40,740 nt of DNA from Saprospiraceae bacterium (GCA_014379065.1 JACMMM010000675.1:1-40740), one strand, 5' to 3'; shown: positions 23,816-33,905, numbered from the stretch's first letter. The notes: generated from the sequence alone by a model not told the origin. Translations and numbers: made by a program.

Positions 23816-25993
23816 ATGAAAATACAACTCTTTTTGGTCCTTGGCCTTAGCTTTCACTGCTCTTTTCTTTTAGCGCAAGTACCCCAATGGCAGCATATTC
23901 CCGGGCCCGATGGCGGCCACATAGAAAACTTTGACTTGGATGGTACGGCACTCTATGCGCTTACTCAGTCGGGAATCTACCGCTCCGAGGATGAGGGTTA
24001 TCATTGGGAGTTGCTTCCTCAATCGCTCGCTAATACTCGTTATATGTATCAACTTCGTGTAGAAAAAGGTGTATTCTATGCTATTAACAAAAATGGCGCG
24101 CTGGTTCGCAGTGACGACCAAGGCGCGTCCTGGAAGCCCGTGTTGCAAAAACCTTTTCCTTTTAATTTTGAAGAGGAGCATCTACAGCAACTTTTTGTCA
24201 AAGGCGACACCATACTCGTCGGAAGCCTGTTTACCATTTATCGTTCCACCAACCGAGGCGAAACCTGGACGACTACGGCAGATTTAGCGCCTGCTTCTTT
24301 TGTTTCTATATTTGAGTTCAAAAACGAGATTTTCGCTGCCCAAGACCGCTATATTTATCGCTCTTCAAATGGTGGGATGAGCTGGGAGTCCGTATTTTCC
24401 AATGCCGTAGGATTTGCTTCTGTGACAGCGACGGACTCTTTTTTGCTGGCATTTTATGATGATCGAACGCGTCTGGTGCGAAGTACCGATGGCCTCCGCA
24501 GCTGGAAGGCTATTGATACGGATACGATCTTACAACATTTTGAAGGGGACGATATAGATGGATATTATCCCTTCACATGGGTTTGTGGCTCGGGATCTGA
24601 ACTCTATTATTTCCAAAATAAGAGTACAAATTTTCTTTGCCCGATCAGATATTGCTATTCTTTAGACATGGGCAATACCTGGCACGGGGGGAACAATCGC
24701 AACGAGGTATTAATTGCTGGAGCAATTAACGATGGAATAAATTTTGGCAATCACATTGTACTTGGATGTGATCTGATACAACATTCTGTGGACAGTGCGC
24801 AGACTTTTTTCCCGAATCAGGAGGGACTAGGGTGTGCCGTGATCAGACACGTTATTCACCAGCACAACAGCGTTTTTTCGACCACTGACTGGGAACACGA
24901 CCACTATTCGAGAGACTTGGGAGCGACCTGGGAGCAATTCCCGCTTTCAAGCTATTGGGAAGATAAATGCTATTCATCTGTTTGGTTTACTAACACTGAT
25001 GAAAGACTATTCCGTTTTCAAATAGACGCTCATTATTCTGAAGTGTCTCATAGCATGGATGGGGGGCAGACATGGAGCGCATTTGGACCAGAATATCCTT
25101 ATCGTAACTTCGTCACAAATCACGGCTTTTGGTATATAAAATTGGTGGAGACACCCTCCGGTGATATAAATAAAGTTTGGAAGTTCGCAGACCAGGACAC
25201 TGCTTCAAAAGAGATACAACTTGTTAACTTTGATATAAATGAACATTATTCCTTTTCATTCATCGGGCTTGGCGACAGATTTGGGATTAAAGCGAAAGAC
25301 GATTTCTATATCTTTGATGAAGCAGGATACCTAATTCAAAAATTGCCCCCTACACCCTGTATATCCATTTCGGATCCTAATCCCACCAGACTCTATTTCG
25401 CCAACAACACCTACTACAATTTTTGCAGCCACCATTGCTTTATCCTTCCGCCCAACGCTGCGGACTGGCAAGAAATATATCCGCAAGATTGGACCACTGG
25501 CATACCACTTTACCACAACCGTATGACATTTGCTGCCGAGCACGATGGGGTTCTCTGGGTGGGGCTAGAAGGCAAAGGACTTTTTTATGCCACTGATAAT
25601 ACTGGCCGTTTTTACCCAGCGCTTCCACAAATGCCTTATCCTTATCCGACTGCGATATCTTTCTATGAAAACGAGCTTTGGGTAGGCACCGATGGGGGCG
25701 GAATTTGGACTTATCCAGTTCCTAAAACACTTAGCTACCCCGCTAAAAACACTGTTTTTAAAGTCTTCCCCAACCCTTCCAATGGGGCATTAAATCTACA
25801 ATCTGACGCATTCGTTAAAGAAGACCTCAGCTTCTCCATTTTGGATGCGGCTGGCAGGCGTATTGAAAAAAAAGTGCTTTCTCCCGGCCAATATTGGAGC
25901 TTAGATTTTCCAGGGCTGCCCAAGGGGCTTTATTTTTTACAAATGCGCACAGAATCGGGTGTATTTGGGCTGAAATGGGTGGTGGAGAATTGA
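23816..25993 (+). CDS. BNR/Asp-box repeat beta-propeller protein with a T9SS C-terminal sorting domain
   Basis: It starts MKIQLFLVLGLSFHCSFLLAQ. Asp-boxes are SDDQGASW, STNRGETW, SSNGGMSW, SLDMGNTW, SRDLGATW and SMDGGQTW. The C-terminus is FKVFPNPSNGALNL...LPKGLYFLQM. Confidence 0.8.
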   Translation: MKIQLFLVLGLSFHCSFLLAQVPQWQHIPGPDGGHIENFDLDGTALYALTQSGIYRSEDEGYHWELLPQSLANTRYMYQLRVEKGVFYAINKNGALVRSDDQGASWKPVLQKPFPFNFEEEHLQQLFVKGDTILVGSLFTIYRSTNRGETWTTTADLAPASFVSIFEFKNEIFAAQDRYIYRSSNGGMSWESVFSNAVGFASVTATDSFLLAFYDDRTRLVRSTDGLRSWKAIDTDTILQHFEGDDIDGYYPFTWVCGSGSELYYFQNKSTNFLCPIRYCYSLDMGNTWHGGNNRNEVLIAGAINDGINFGNHIVLGCDLIQHSVDSAQTFFPNQEGLGCAVIRHVIHQHNSVFSTTDWEHDHYSRDLGATWEQFPLSSYWEDKCYSSVWFTNTDERLFRFQIDAHYSEVSHSMDGGQTWSAFGPEYPYRNFVTNHGFWYIKLVETPSGDINKVWKFADQDTASKEIQLVNFDINEHYSFSFIGLGDRFGIKAKDDFYIFDEAGYLIQKLPPTPCISISDPNPTRLYFANNTYYNFCSHHCFILPPNAADWQEIYPQDWTTGIPLYHNRMTFAAEHDGVLWVGLEGKGLFYATDNTGRFYPALPQMPYPYPTAISFYENELWVGTDGGGIWTYPVPKTLSYPAKNTVFKVFPNPSNGALNLQSDAFVKEDLSFSILDAAGRRIEKKVLSPGQYWSLDFPGLPKGLYFLQMRTESGVFGLKWVVEN

Positions 25994-26110
25994 TGTGGGC
26001 AAACGCGCTATTTACACCCTCATTTTCCGCGCTCGTAGAGTTTTGAAATAGGATCGTAGTGGAATGTGCTGATTTGCACGGTTTTTCTCCTATAGAGAAA
26101 ATCCTATGCT

Positions 26111-28663
26111 ATGAAACTGAAACACCTCCTGTTTGCTTTACCCGCCAAAGTCTTGACGACGGTGGGTTTACCCGCCAAAGTCTTGATGACGTCTGGTTTA
26201 CCCGCCATAATCTTGACGACGGCGGGGCTTTTTTTGACGAACCAATTTGCTTTCGGCCAAATGGGCCCCACCAACGATTCCAACCGAAAAACCGCAAATG
26301 CTGTCCGCACCGAAAAGCCGCCCCGCTTGGACGGGGAGCTCGACGACGAATGCTGGGAAACGGCCCCTGTAATGACCGATTTTATCACCAACAGCCCTAA
26401 TTTTGGAAACCCCGCCGCTGAAAAAACTGAGGTACGCCTCGTCTATACCGATGAGGCGATTTACGTAGGCGCCTTTCTCTACCAACCCGGCAAAACCATT
26501 CGCCACGATCTCAGTGCCCGCGATGCTGAAAGCACTGCAGATGCGCTTCATGTGGCGTTCGATACTTACCTCGACCGTCAAAATGCTTTTCGATTCCAGA
26601 TTTCGGCGAGCAACGTTCAGAGCGACCTAAAAATGTCGCCCGAAAACGCGGACCCCACTTGGGATGCGGTTTGGGATTCCAAGACAAAAACCCATGCTGA
26701 CGGCTGGGTGGTCGAGTTGCGCATCCCTTTCAGTGCCATCCGTTTTGCCAAACAGCCCGAACAGCATTGGGGACTTCAAATTGCGCGACAAATCCAGTAC
26801 GTCAACGAGTTCAGCACCTGGAGTCCAGTGGATCCCAACGGCGGCGGCTCTCTGCCGCAATGGGGCGATCTGGAAGGCATCAAAGCCATTGACCCGCCCC
26901 TGCGCCTGGCTTTCTCGCCTTACTTGGCGGCCTCTCTGCAAAGAGACCCTTTGCTGAACGAAGACCCCGTCAAATACACCAACAGCCGTTCCCTAAGCGG
27001 GGGCTTGGACGTGAAATGGGGGCTTTCGGAAAGTTTTACCTTGGATGCCACTTTGGTGCCCAACTTTGGCGAAGCACAGAGCGACAACATCGTGCGAAAC
27101 CTATCTCCCTTCGAGGTACAGTACGAAGAGCGGCGACAGTTTTTTACTGAAGGAACGGAACTGTTCGGAAAGGGTGGACTGTTGTATTCGCGCCGTATTG
27201 GTGGGCGGCCACACCGATTTTTTGAGGCCATCCATGCCGTGGGCGACAGCGATGTTTTGGTTCAAAATCCTTCGCAGTCACAGCTTTACAATGCGACAAA
27301 GCTTTCCGGCAGGACAAAATCCAAGCTTGGCATTGGCATTTTGAACGCCGTGTCAGCACCATGCAACGCCATCATTCGGAACGAGTTGACGGGCGAGGAA
27401 CGCAAATACCAGACCTCAGAATTGACAAATTACAATGTGATAGTGCTCGATCAGGCTTTGCCCCATAATTCCGCCCTGAGTTTTACCAATACGAGCGTAA
27501 TGCGCGAAGGCGTGGCACGCGACGCCAATGTGTCGGCCATTGCATTTAACCTTCGTGACCAAGGAAATCGCTACGAAGTTTTTGGCAACGGCCTGTTCAG
27601 TGCGGTGTTTAACCCAGCACACGTCACCGCCGAAAAGCCCAGCACGGGATTTGGCTACAACATCGGTGCGCGCAAGGTTAGCGGAGCATGGACAGGGCAA
27701 TTGGCACATTGGGCTGTCAACGACACTTATGACCCTAGCGATCTCGGCTACATCGGCAGAGACAATTTTTATCGGTGGCTGGGTGTGATAAACCATTGCA
27801 ACTATACGCAGCGGGGCAACATCGCTTCTACGTTTTTCTTTATCAACGCCACCAACACTTGGCTTTATGCCCCGCGCCAGTGGGAATCGCTCGAAATCGA
27901 AGGGTTTTATGAATTAGTGAACTCCAAGCGGCAGTCGTTTTCCCTCTACATGACTACAAAACCTATCTGGTTCTATGATTATTTTGAACCGCGAGTCTGG
28001 GGCAAAAAATACTTCCATGCGCCTTATATCTTTTTTGCGCCTAGTTTTAGCACCAATTCTTCCAAGCGGCTTTTTGCAAGCTTCGAGCTGTTTTATGGAG
28101 AAAGTCCCATCCCTAACGACCCCTATATTGGCGTTGAGGTAGAACCGACTTGGGTAGTGAACGACCACCTGCGCCTATCGCTCGACCTTAACCTCACAAA
28201 AGACCACTCCAATTTTGGTGCGGTTAACTCGGATAACCCTGCCGACATCATCTTTGGCCGCCGCAATATCACGACATTCGACAATGCCTTTGCCGTGGAA
28301 TACCTCTTCGGCCCGCGCATGAACATCACGGCCCGCGCCCGTCACTACTGGGCCAATCTTTACTACCACCAATACTTACACCTCAACGATGATGGCACGT
28401 TCAACCCCAGCGATTGGCAAGGCTCGGCAGATGAGAATTTCAACCAATTCAATGTGGATTTTGTGTACACCTGGCAGTTTGCACCAGGTAGTTTCCTCAA
28501 TTTGATTTGGAAAGAATCGGCTTTTGCAGGAGACTATGATCGCGGCGGCACGTTTAGTAGGAATCTGGACAAAACCTTCCATGCTCCACAGAACAACTCG
28601 CTGACGCTCAAACTGATTTATTGGCTGGATGCGGGGAAATGGGGGGCACGGAAGAAGAAGTAG
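26111..28663 (+). CDS. CBM9-like / DUF5916-type outer-membrane-associated protein
   Basis: The segment PPRLDGELDDECWETAPVMTDF...EVRLVYTDEAIYVGAF recalls the CBM9/DOMON-like N-terminal domain, followed by a long aromatic-rich beta region. The signal peptide is unusually long and contains a 3 x 10-aa repeat. Confidence 0.6.
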   Translation: MKLKHLLFALPAKVLTTVGLPAKVLMTSGLPAIILTTAGLFLTNQFAFGQMGPTNDSNRKTANAVRTEKPPRLDGELDDECWETAPVMTDFITNSPNFGNPAAEKTEVRLVYTDEAIYVGAFLYQPGKTIRHDLSARDAESTADALHVAFDTYLDRQNAFRFQISASNVQSDLKMSPENADPTWDAVWDSKTKTHADGWVVELRIPFSAIRFAKQPEQHWGLQIARQIQYVNEFSTWSPVDPNGGGSLPQWGDLEGIKAIDPPLRLAFSPYLAASLQRDPLLNEDPVKYTNSRSLSGGLDVKWGLSESFTLDATLVPNFGEAQSDNIVRNLSPFEVQYEERRQFFTEGTELFGKGGLLYSRRIGGRPHRFFEAIHAVGDSDVLVQNPSQSQLYNATKLSGRTKSKLGIGILNAVSAPCNAIIRNELTGEERKYQTSELTNYNVIVLDQALPHNSALSFTNTSVMREGVARDANVSAIAFNLRDQGNRYEVFGNGLFSAVFNPAHVTAEKPSTGFGYNIGARKVSGAWTGQLAHWAVNDTYDPSDLGYIGRDNFYRWLGVINHCNYTQRGNIASTFFFINATNTWLYAPRQWESLEIEGFYELVNSKRQSFSLYMTTKPIWFYDYFEPRVWGKKYFHAPYIFFAPSFSTNSSKRLFASFELFYGESPIPNDPYIGVEVEPTWVVNDHLRLSLDLNLTKDHSNFGAVNSDNPADIIFGRRNITTFDNAFAVEYLFGPRMNITARARHYWANLYYHQYLHLNDDGTFNPSDWQGSADENFNQFNVDFVYTWQFAPGSFLNLIWKESAFAGDYDRGGTFSRNLDKTFHAPQNNSLTLKLIYWLDAGKWGARKKK
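26137..26226 (+). repeat. 3 x 30-bp tandem repeat (TTTACCCGCC-word hairpin unit) inside the predicted signal-peptide coding region
   Basis: The units are TTTACCCGCCAAAGTCTTGACGACGGTGGG, TTTACCCGCCAAAGTCTTGATGACGTCTGG and TTTACCCGCCATAATCTTGACGACGGCGGG. They translate as LPAKVLTTVG, LPAKVLMTSG and LPAIILTTAG. Confidence 0.85.
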
Positions 28664-28666
28664 TCC

Positions 28667-29848
28667 TTGCCGTACCTTGTGGCTTCATCTGCTGCTACGA
28701 CTTTGACCATCGCATTCGACGCAAAACGCTATTTCAACAACGCCACTGGCCTCGGCTTTTATAGCCGAACGTTGCTGGAGGGTCTGCGCCGTTTTTACCC
28801 GGAACACCAATACTTGCTCTATACGCCTTACAACCGAGGGCAATGGGCAAAGCCTGAGGACGATATGAAATTGCCCGATTCCTGGATGGGGAGAACCTTT
28901 CACCCGCTGTGGCGCAGCCGGGGCATTACAGCCCAATTACAGCGCGATGGTGTGAAGGTATTTCACGGACTGAGCCACGAACTCCCTACAGGCCTACGCC
29001 GGGCGGGTATTCGCAGCTTGGTGACGATGCACGACCTGATTTTCATGCGCTACCCGGACTTGTACCCAACCATTGACCGTTTTTTTTATGAAAAAAAATA
29101 CCGTCGCGCAGCGGAAGAGGCCGATAAAGTGGTGGCTATCAGTGAACAAACACGGTCTGATTTGGAGCAGTTTTTCGATATCCCGGCACAAAACGTGCAA
29201 GTCATCGGTCAATCCTGCGATGCCGTATTTGAACGACTAAGCCTCCGTGAGCGGCCAGATCGTTTGGCCTTGCCGCTACCCAATGGCTTGGATATTCCGG
29301 CTTCCGATTACATCATTTCAGTGGGAAGCCTCACGCCCCGAAAAAATTGGCATAGGTTGCTCGACGCGCTTTTTTTGCTCAAAAATCAGGGGCAAGAGCT
29401 GCCGCTTGTCGCGATAGGCGCGGGCAATAGCGCCTATTCTAAAGGTCTTCGCACACAAGCCGAACAGCTCGGCGTTCAAGTATATTGGCTCGATCAATTT
29501 GTGACGACGGAGGAACTAGCGCGGCTATACCGACGGGCAGCAGCACTCGTGTATCCTTCCGTATTTGAAGGTTTTGGTATCCCCATTCTGGAAGCCATGA
29601 CGGTGGGGATTCCTGTGGTGACAACGCGCGGCGGCTGCTTCGAGGAGGTAGGTGGCCCGGCGGCTTTATACGCCGACACGAATAATGCGGAGAATTTGGC
29701 GCATCAGATTTCTGCGGTTTTGGACAACAGTGTTCGCACTGAATTGATTTCAAAAATGCGGGCGCAAATTGAGCAATTTTCTCCTGAAAGGATATGCGCT
29801 GCGTGGATGGAGGTGTATAGCGGTCAGGTGACTTTGAGGCGTCTGTAA
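28667..29848 (+). CDS. Glycosyltransferase family 4 (GT-B, group 1)
   Basis: The segment LVYPSVFEGFGIPILEAMTVGIPVVTTRGGCFEEVGG is the EX7E region. The true start is probably the in-frame TTG at 28703, which gives MTIAFDAKRYF, a typical family N-terminus. Confidence 0.85.
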   Translation: MPYLVASSAATTLTIAFDAKRYFNNATGLGFYSRTLLEGLRRFYPEHQYLLYTPYNRGQWAKPEDDMKLPDSWMGRTFHPLWRSRGITAQLQRDGVKVFHGLSHELPTGLRRAGIRSLVTMHDLIFMRYPDLYPTIDRFFYEKKYRRAAEEADKVVAISEQTRSDLEQFFDIPAQNVQVIGQSCDAVFERLSLRERPDRLALPLPNGLDIPASDYIISVGSLTPRKNWHRLLDALFLLKNQGQELPLVAIGAGNSAYSKGLRTQAEQLGVQVYWLDQFVTTEELARLYRRAAALVYPSVFEGFGIPILEAMTVGIPVVTTRGGCFEEVGGPAALYADTNNAENLAHQISAVLDNSVRTELISKMRAQIEQFSPERICAAWMEVYSGQVTLRRL

Positions 29849-29870
29849 CGGGTAAACCTTGATAAGCCGC

Positions 29871-30947
29871 TCAGCTCTGTTTCTTTTTCGCCAATTCGCG
29901 GCGCACATACTCAACGAATTCTTCGGTCACGCCCACGAACTCGACCACCTCAGCATCACTCCAATCTGGAAATTTTTGGATGGTTTTGATGGTAATGGCA
30001 TGAGTCGTTTTTTCCATACCCTTTTCCATACCCTTTTCCATACCCTTTTCCATACCCTTTTCCATACCCTTTTCCATACCCTTTTCCATACCCTTTTCCA
30101 TACCCTTTTCCATGCCTTCTTCGTATCCTTTCCGAAGACCTTCTTCTTTCCATTTTCTCCCAAATATTTCAGGGATGGCGTCAATCCAGTCGCGCTCCGC
30201 TTTGGGCAATTGCATGTTTAGTTCTTTAACTTGAGCCTCTGTCATGTTGTAAAAATTGAAGACGTAAAGCGTTAGGGTTTCAAGTAGGATGCCTTCACGG
30301 TCATTCCGATAGAATGGCTTGCCAAAAGTAAGGATGTTTGGCCAGTTTTTCAGGGCGAATCTTTCGTTACGAGCAAATTTTAGCGCTAGAAACAGGTTTT
30401 TCAGGTATTCGGTGTCCACTTTTTCCTCAATTTCTTCGGGCGGTATCCTACTCAAGTCTGTGAGCAAGTAATGGAAGTTAGGAATAAATGCCTCCCAGTC
30501 TTTCGGCAAACCCAGGAAATAGCTGGAAAACGCCTTCTGTTTCCACGCATGCGCTCCGTGATACACGACAATCGGAATGATAAAAGAGAGCGGGCGCTCG
30601 TTTTTTAGGTCATCCTCCCAGATTTGTAACAAGTAGTCGAGTAGCTGCAAGTGTACTGGAAGGGAAGGTATATAACTTTTATGCTCAAAAAGGAAGAGCA
30701 GCCGAGCTGGAGCGCCACTTGTTAAACGGGTTTCATACAGCACGTCGCTGAAGGAAATCCCGAAGCGGCCACTGACAAAGGCAGTATCAATTTTCTGGAA
30801 AACAGCGAAATCTATACGCTGGTGTATGACCTCGGGGGTGTAATGAAGCAGGTAGTTCCTTGCAATTTTGGCATCGCTGAAAAAGGCCTTGAACACCGCA
30901 TCGTGGGATTCATGGTCTTTTCTGCCGGGATGTTTTCTATTAGGCAT
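29871..30947 (-). CDS. Rpn-family recombination-promoting nuclease / putative transposase (PD-(D/E)XK, YhgA-like)
   Basis: It carries HDAVFKAFFSD...ARNYL, then SFSDVLYE...LLFLFEHKSY, which is the PDDEXK_2 core. The C-terminal region holds (GMEK) x 9. Confidence 0.8.
   Translation of the reverse strand: MPNRKHPGRKDHESHDAVFKAFFSDAKIARNYLLHYTPEVIHQRIDFAVFQKIDTAFVSGRFGISFSDVLYETRLTSGAPARLLFLFEHKSYIPSLPVHLQLLDYLLQIWEDDLKNERPLSFIIPIVVYHGAHAWKQKAFSSYFLGLPKDWEAFIPNFHYLLTDLSRIPPEEIEEKVDTEYLKNLFLALKFARNERFALKNWPNILTFGKPFYRNDREGILLETLTLYVFNFYNMTEAQVKELNMQLPKAERDWIDAIPEIFGRKWKEEGLRKGYEEGMEKGMEKGMEKGMEKGMEKGMEKGMEKGMEKGMEKTTHAITIKTIQKFPDWSDAEVVEFVGVTEEFVEYVRRELAKKKQS
30008..30121. repeat. 12-bp tandem repeat, about 9 copies (TTTTCCATACCC on the plus strand), coding for (GMEK)n in the Rpn-family gene
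   Basis: CCATAC recurs at 30014, 30026, 30038, 30050, 30062, 30074, 30086 and 30098, with the variant CCATGC at 30110. Confidence 0.9.
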
Positions 30948-31008
30948 GGGCGCGGCTGATTAAGGCAGCGAAGATAAAGTGTTTTTTATTTTAAAACAAA
31001 ATGTTTTT

Positions 31009-31052
31009 AAAAAAAAACGCAAGCGGTGATCCCGAACGCTCGGAATCACCGC
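31009..31052 (-). terminator. Rho-independent terminator of the SPFH gene
   Basis: The stem GCGGTGATCCCGA / TCGGAATCACCGC is 13 bp with one mismatch. On the minus strand it is followed by a 9-nt U-run. It lies 44 nt after the stop. Confidence 0.7.
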
Positions 31053-31095
31053 TTTGCTAAATCTTATGATCGTTCCAATGGAGCGATCAATGGCA

Positions 31096-32025
31096 TTAAC
31101 CCTTCTGCTGCGCAGAAAAATCCATCCGGTTGAGTGCCATCAATTCCTTCATGGTTTTCTGCATCCCGTCTACGGATCCATCAAGGAAGATGATGTTGCC
31201 CTTGCCGTGCTCGGTGAAGTTCTTGATTGCCTCTGTCCACATTGAGAACAAGATAACGGAGGTATCGAGGTTGGCAGTTTGCATTTCTTTGGCCGCATGG
31301 CTCATACCGCGTGCCACTTCTTCACGGAAAAGGGCAACGGCTTGGCCACGCATTCTGGCGGCTTCGCGCTCGGCTTCGGCGGAGATTTTGATGGCGTTAC
31401 CTTCGGCTTCAGCGGCTTTGGTTTTGGTAATCAAGAGTGCTTGGCCTTCGTTTTCAGCAGCAGCTTTGAGGTTGTTGGCTGCCACGATTTTCGACATGGA
31501 ACGCATCACTTCTTCGTCGAAAGTGATGTCGTTTATCTGCAAATCAATGAGGTGGAAGCCCCAATCTTCGAGCATGTGGTCAATGTTGACCTTTACGGCA
31601 TCGGTGATTTCACGGCGCAACAAGAGCACTTCCTGCTGTTTTTTGGTCGCCACAAAAGAGCGGATGCTGCCTTCCACAGTGCGCGTCAGGCTGGCCATGA
31701 AATCGCGGTCGCCCACAAACCTGAAGGCTACTTTTTTCACGGTTTCTTCCGCATTGTCCATCACGGAGAATAGGAGCAGCGAGGTGAAATGAACGTTGGC
31801 CTGGTCAACCGTGACGGCTTGGAAATTAAGTTCCACAGCGCGGTTTTGTACCGAGATGCGCTTGAAAATCTGCTCAATAAATGGAATCCTAAAACTTAGG
31901 CCGGGATAAAGCGTGCGGTTGTATTTGCCAAAAATAGTCGTGATGGCTACTGTGCCTTGCTGCACGGTCACGAGGCTCAAAAAAATGAGTACAATGGCAA
32001 TTGGAATGTAATACATGGTGGGCAT
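31096..32025 (-). CDS. SPFH/Band-7 (stomatin/prohibitin-like) domain protein
   Basis: An N-terminal TM helix is followed by VQQGTVAITTIFGKYNRTLYPGLSFRIPFIEQI and an Ala/Glu-rich coiled C-terminal region (AAENEGQALLITKTKAAEAEG). Confidence 0.9.
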   Translation of the reverse strand: MPTMYYIPIAIVLIFLSLVTVQQGTVAITTIFGKYNRTLYPGLSFRIPFIEQIFKRISVQNRAVELNFQAVTVDQANVHFTSLLLFSVMDNAEETVKKVAFRFVGDRDFMASLTRTVEGSIRSFVATKKQQEVLLLRREITDAVKVNIDHMLEDWGFHLIDLQINDITFDEEVMRSMSKIVAANNLKAAAENEGQALLITKTKAAEAEGNAIKISAEAEREAARMRGQAVALFREEVARGMSHAAKEMQTANLDTSVILFSMWTEAIKNFTEHGKGNIIFLDGSVDGMQKTMKELMALNRMDFSAQQKG

Positions 32026-32234
32026 AATAGTGGGTTTTAAAGTTTGATTTTGAGCAACAAAGGTGAAGGTTCAAAGAATGCCTCGCTTTGATTCTCCGAC
32101 CAATCGCTGTTTTTACCGGCGTGAAAATCGGAAAAAATTCGGCGATGAGGGCAAATAAATAGTCATTCGTCATTAATCGGCATTGGTCATTGAGGCAATT
32201 GCCTGGCTTTCAATCTTTTCTGAGGGTGACAAAA

Positions 32235-32242
32235 TACCTTTG
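32235..32242 (+). promoter_or_regulatory. -7 box TACCTTTG for the M1 peptidase gene
   Basis: It matches TAnnTTTG exactly and lies 20 nt upstream of the ATG at 32262. Confidence 0.45.
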
Positions 32243-32261
32243 TTATAAAATTCTATATCCG

Positions 32262-33905
32262 ATGACTGCTGCCAAAACGCTCGTTTGTTTCACCCTATTC
32301 TTTTTCGCTCATTTGACCAATGCTCAATCGCTGACGTTTACCAAAGACGACACTTTGCGCGGCAGTATCACGCCACAGCGGGCCTGGTGGGACTTGACTT
32401 TTTATCATTTGAAGGTCAAGGTAAATCCTGCTGATAAAAGCATTTCAGGAAGCAATGAAATCCAATATACGGTGCTGTATCCCGGCAATGTTTTACAAAT
32501 TGACCTACAACCCCCGCTCCATCTCGAACGGGCAGAACAAGATGGCCAAATCCTTGAGGCTACCCAGCAAGGCAGAAATGCCTATTTTATAGCACTTAAA
32601 AAAGAACAGCCCAAGGGTTCGCGACAGAGCCTCACAGTATGGTATTCGGGCATTCCCCAAGCGGCGCGAAATGCGCCTTGGGACGGCGGGTTTAGTTGGG
32701 AAGTGGAGGATGCCGGACAGCCCTTCATTGCCACCTCTTGCCAAGGCTTGGGCGCAAGTGTTTGGTGGCCTTGCAAAGATCATGCTTACGACGAGCCTGA
32801 TTCTCAAGCAATTTCCGTCACAGTGCCCAATGATTTGACGGATGTGTCAAATGGAAGGCTGCGCCGAGTGACGAACAATGGCGATGGGACCCATACCTTC
32901 GACTGGTTTGTGGCGAACCCAATCAACAACTATGGCGTGAATGTCAATATCGCCCGATACGCCCATATTGCGGACACTTTTCAAGGCGAAAAGGGCTTGC
33001 TTTCACTCGATTATTACGTTTTGCCCCAAAACCTTGAAAAGGCAAAGCTGCAATTTCAGCAGGTGAAGTTGATGCTTACAGCATTTGAACACTGGTTTGG
33101 CCCCTATCCTTTTTATGAAGACGGATACAAATTGGTCCAGGTGCCGTATTTGGGCATGGAACACCAAAGTTCGGTGACTTATGGCAACCGTTTTATGAAC
33201 GGCTACCTCGGCAGGGATTTGTCGGGCACGGGCTGGGGGATGAAATGGGATTACATTATCGTGCATGAATCCGGCCATGAGTGGTTTGCCAACAACATCA
33301 CTTATCGCGACATAGCAGATATGTGGATTCACGAGGGCTTTACCAATTACAGCGAGGCACTTTATACCGAATACTACTTTGGCAAGCAGGCCGGAACGGA
33401 TTATATTAAGGGGTTGAGAGGGATTATAAGAAATACAAGCCCCATCGTCGGTACCCATGGGGTCAATTCAGAAGGTTCGCCCGATATGTATCCCAAGGGC
33501 GCGAACCTGCTGCACACCATCCGTCAAATCGTGGATGACGATGAAAAATGGCGCTCCATACTGCGTGGGCTGAACCGAGATTTTTACCACCAAACGGTGT
33601 ACGGCACACAAGTGGAAGACTATATCACCCAACATTCAGGCAAAAAACTTCAAAAGGTTTTTGATCAATACCTGCGCAATTCCAGCATCCCGATTTTGGA
33701 ATACACCATCAAAAAAGGAAGGTTGAAGTACCATTGGGTAAATTGCATAGATGGTTTTGATATGCCCGTCAAAGTGACCTTATCGCCGGGGAAAAATGAG
33801 TTTATATACCCTACTACTAAATGGAAGAGCAGTCGTTGTAAGTTGCCGAATAAGGACGACTTTCAGGTGGAGGAGAGCTTTTATGTGGTGGCGAGGAGGC
33901 TATAA
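32262..33905 (+). CDS. Secreted M1-family metallopeptidase
   Basis: It starts MTAAKTLVCFTLFFFAHLTNAQ. The zinc site is VHESGHEWFANNITYRDIADMWIHEGFTNY, which fits HEXXH-X18-E. Confidence 0.9.
   Translation: MTAAKTLVCFTLFFFAHLTNAQSLTFTKDDTLRGSITPQRAWWDLTFYHLKVKVNPADKSISGSNEIQYTVLYPGNVLQIDLQPPLHLERAEQDGQILEATQQGRNAYFIALKKEQPKGSRQSLTVWYSGIPQAARNAPWDGGFSWEVEDAGQPFIATSCQGLGASVWWPCKDHAYDEPDSQAISVTVPNDLTDVSNGRLRRVTNNGDGTHTFDWFVANPINNYGVNVNIARYAHIADTFQGEKGLLSLDYYVLPQNLEKAKLQFQQVKLMLTAFEHWFGPYPFYEDGYKLVQVPYLGMEHQSSVTYGNRFMNGYLGRDLSGTGWGMKWDYIIVHESGHEWFANNITYRDIADMWIHEGFTNYSEALYTEYYFGKQAGTDYIKGLRGIIRNTSPIVGTHGVNSEGSPDMYPKGANLLHTIRQIVDDDEKWRSILRGLNRDFYHQTVYGTQVEDYITQHSGKKLQKVFDQYLRNSSIPILEYTIKKGRLKYHWVNCIDGFDMPVKVTLSPGKNEFIYPTTKWKSSRCKLPNKDDFQVEESFYVVARRL

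Noticed and set aside
26059-26400. 113-aa ORF with FTRQSLDDGG repeats, and the minus-strand ORFs 26104-26391 and 26109-26297.
   Set aside because: These are alternative-frame translations of the 30-bp tandem repeat. The frame starting at 26111 continues into an 850-aa protein with a recognisable domain, so it is the real one.
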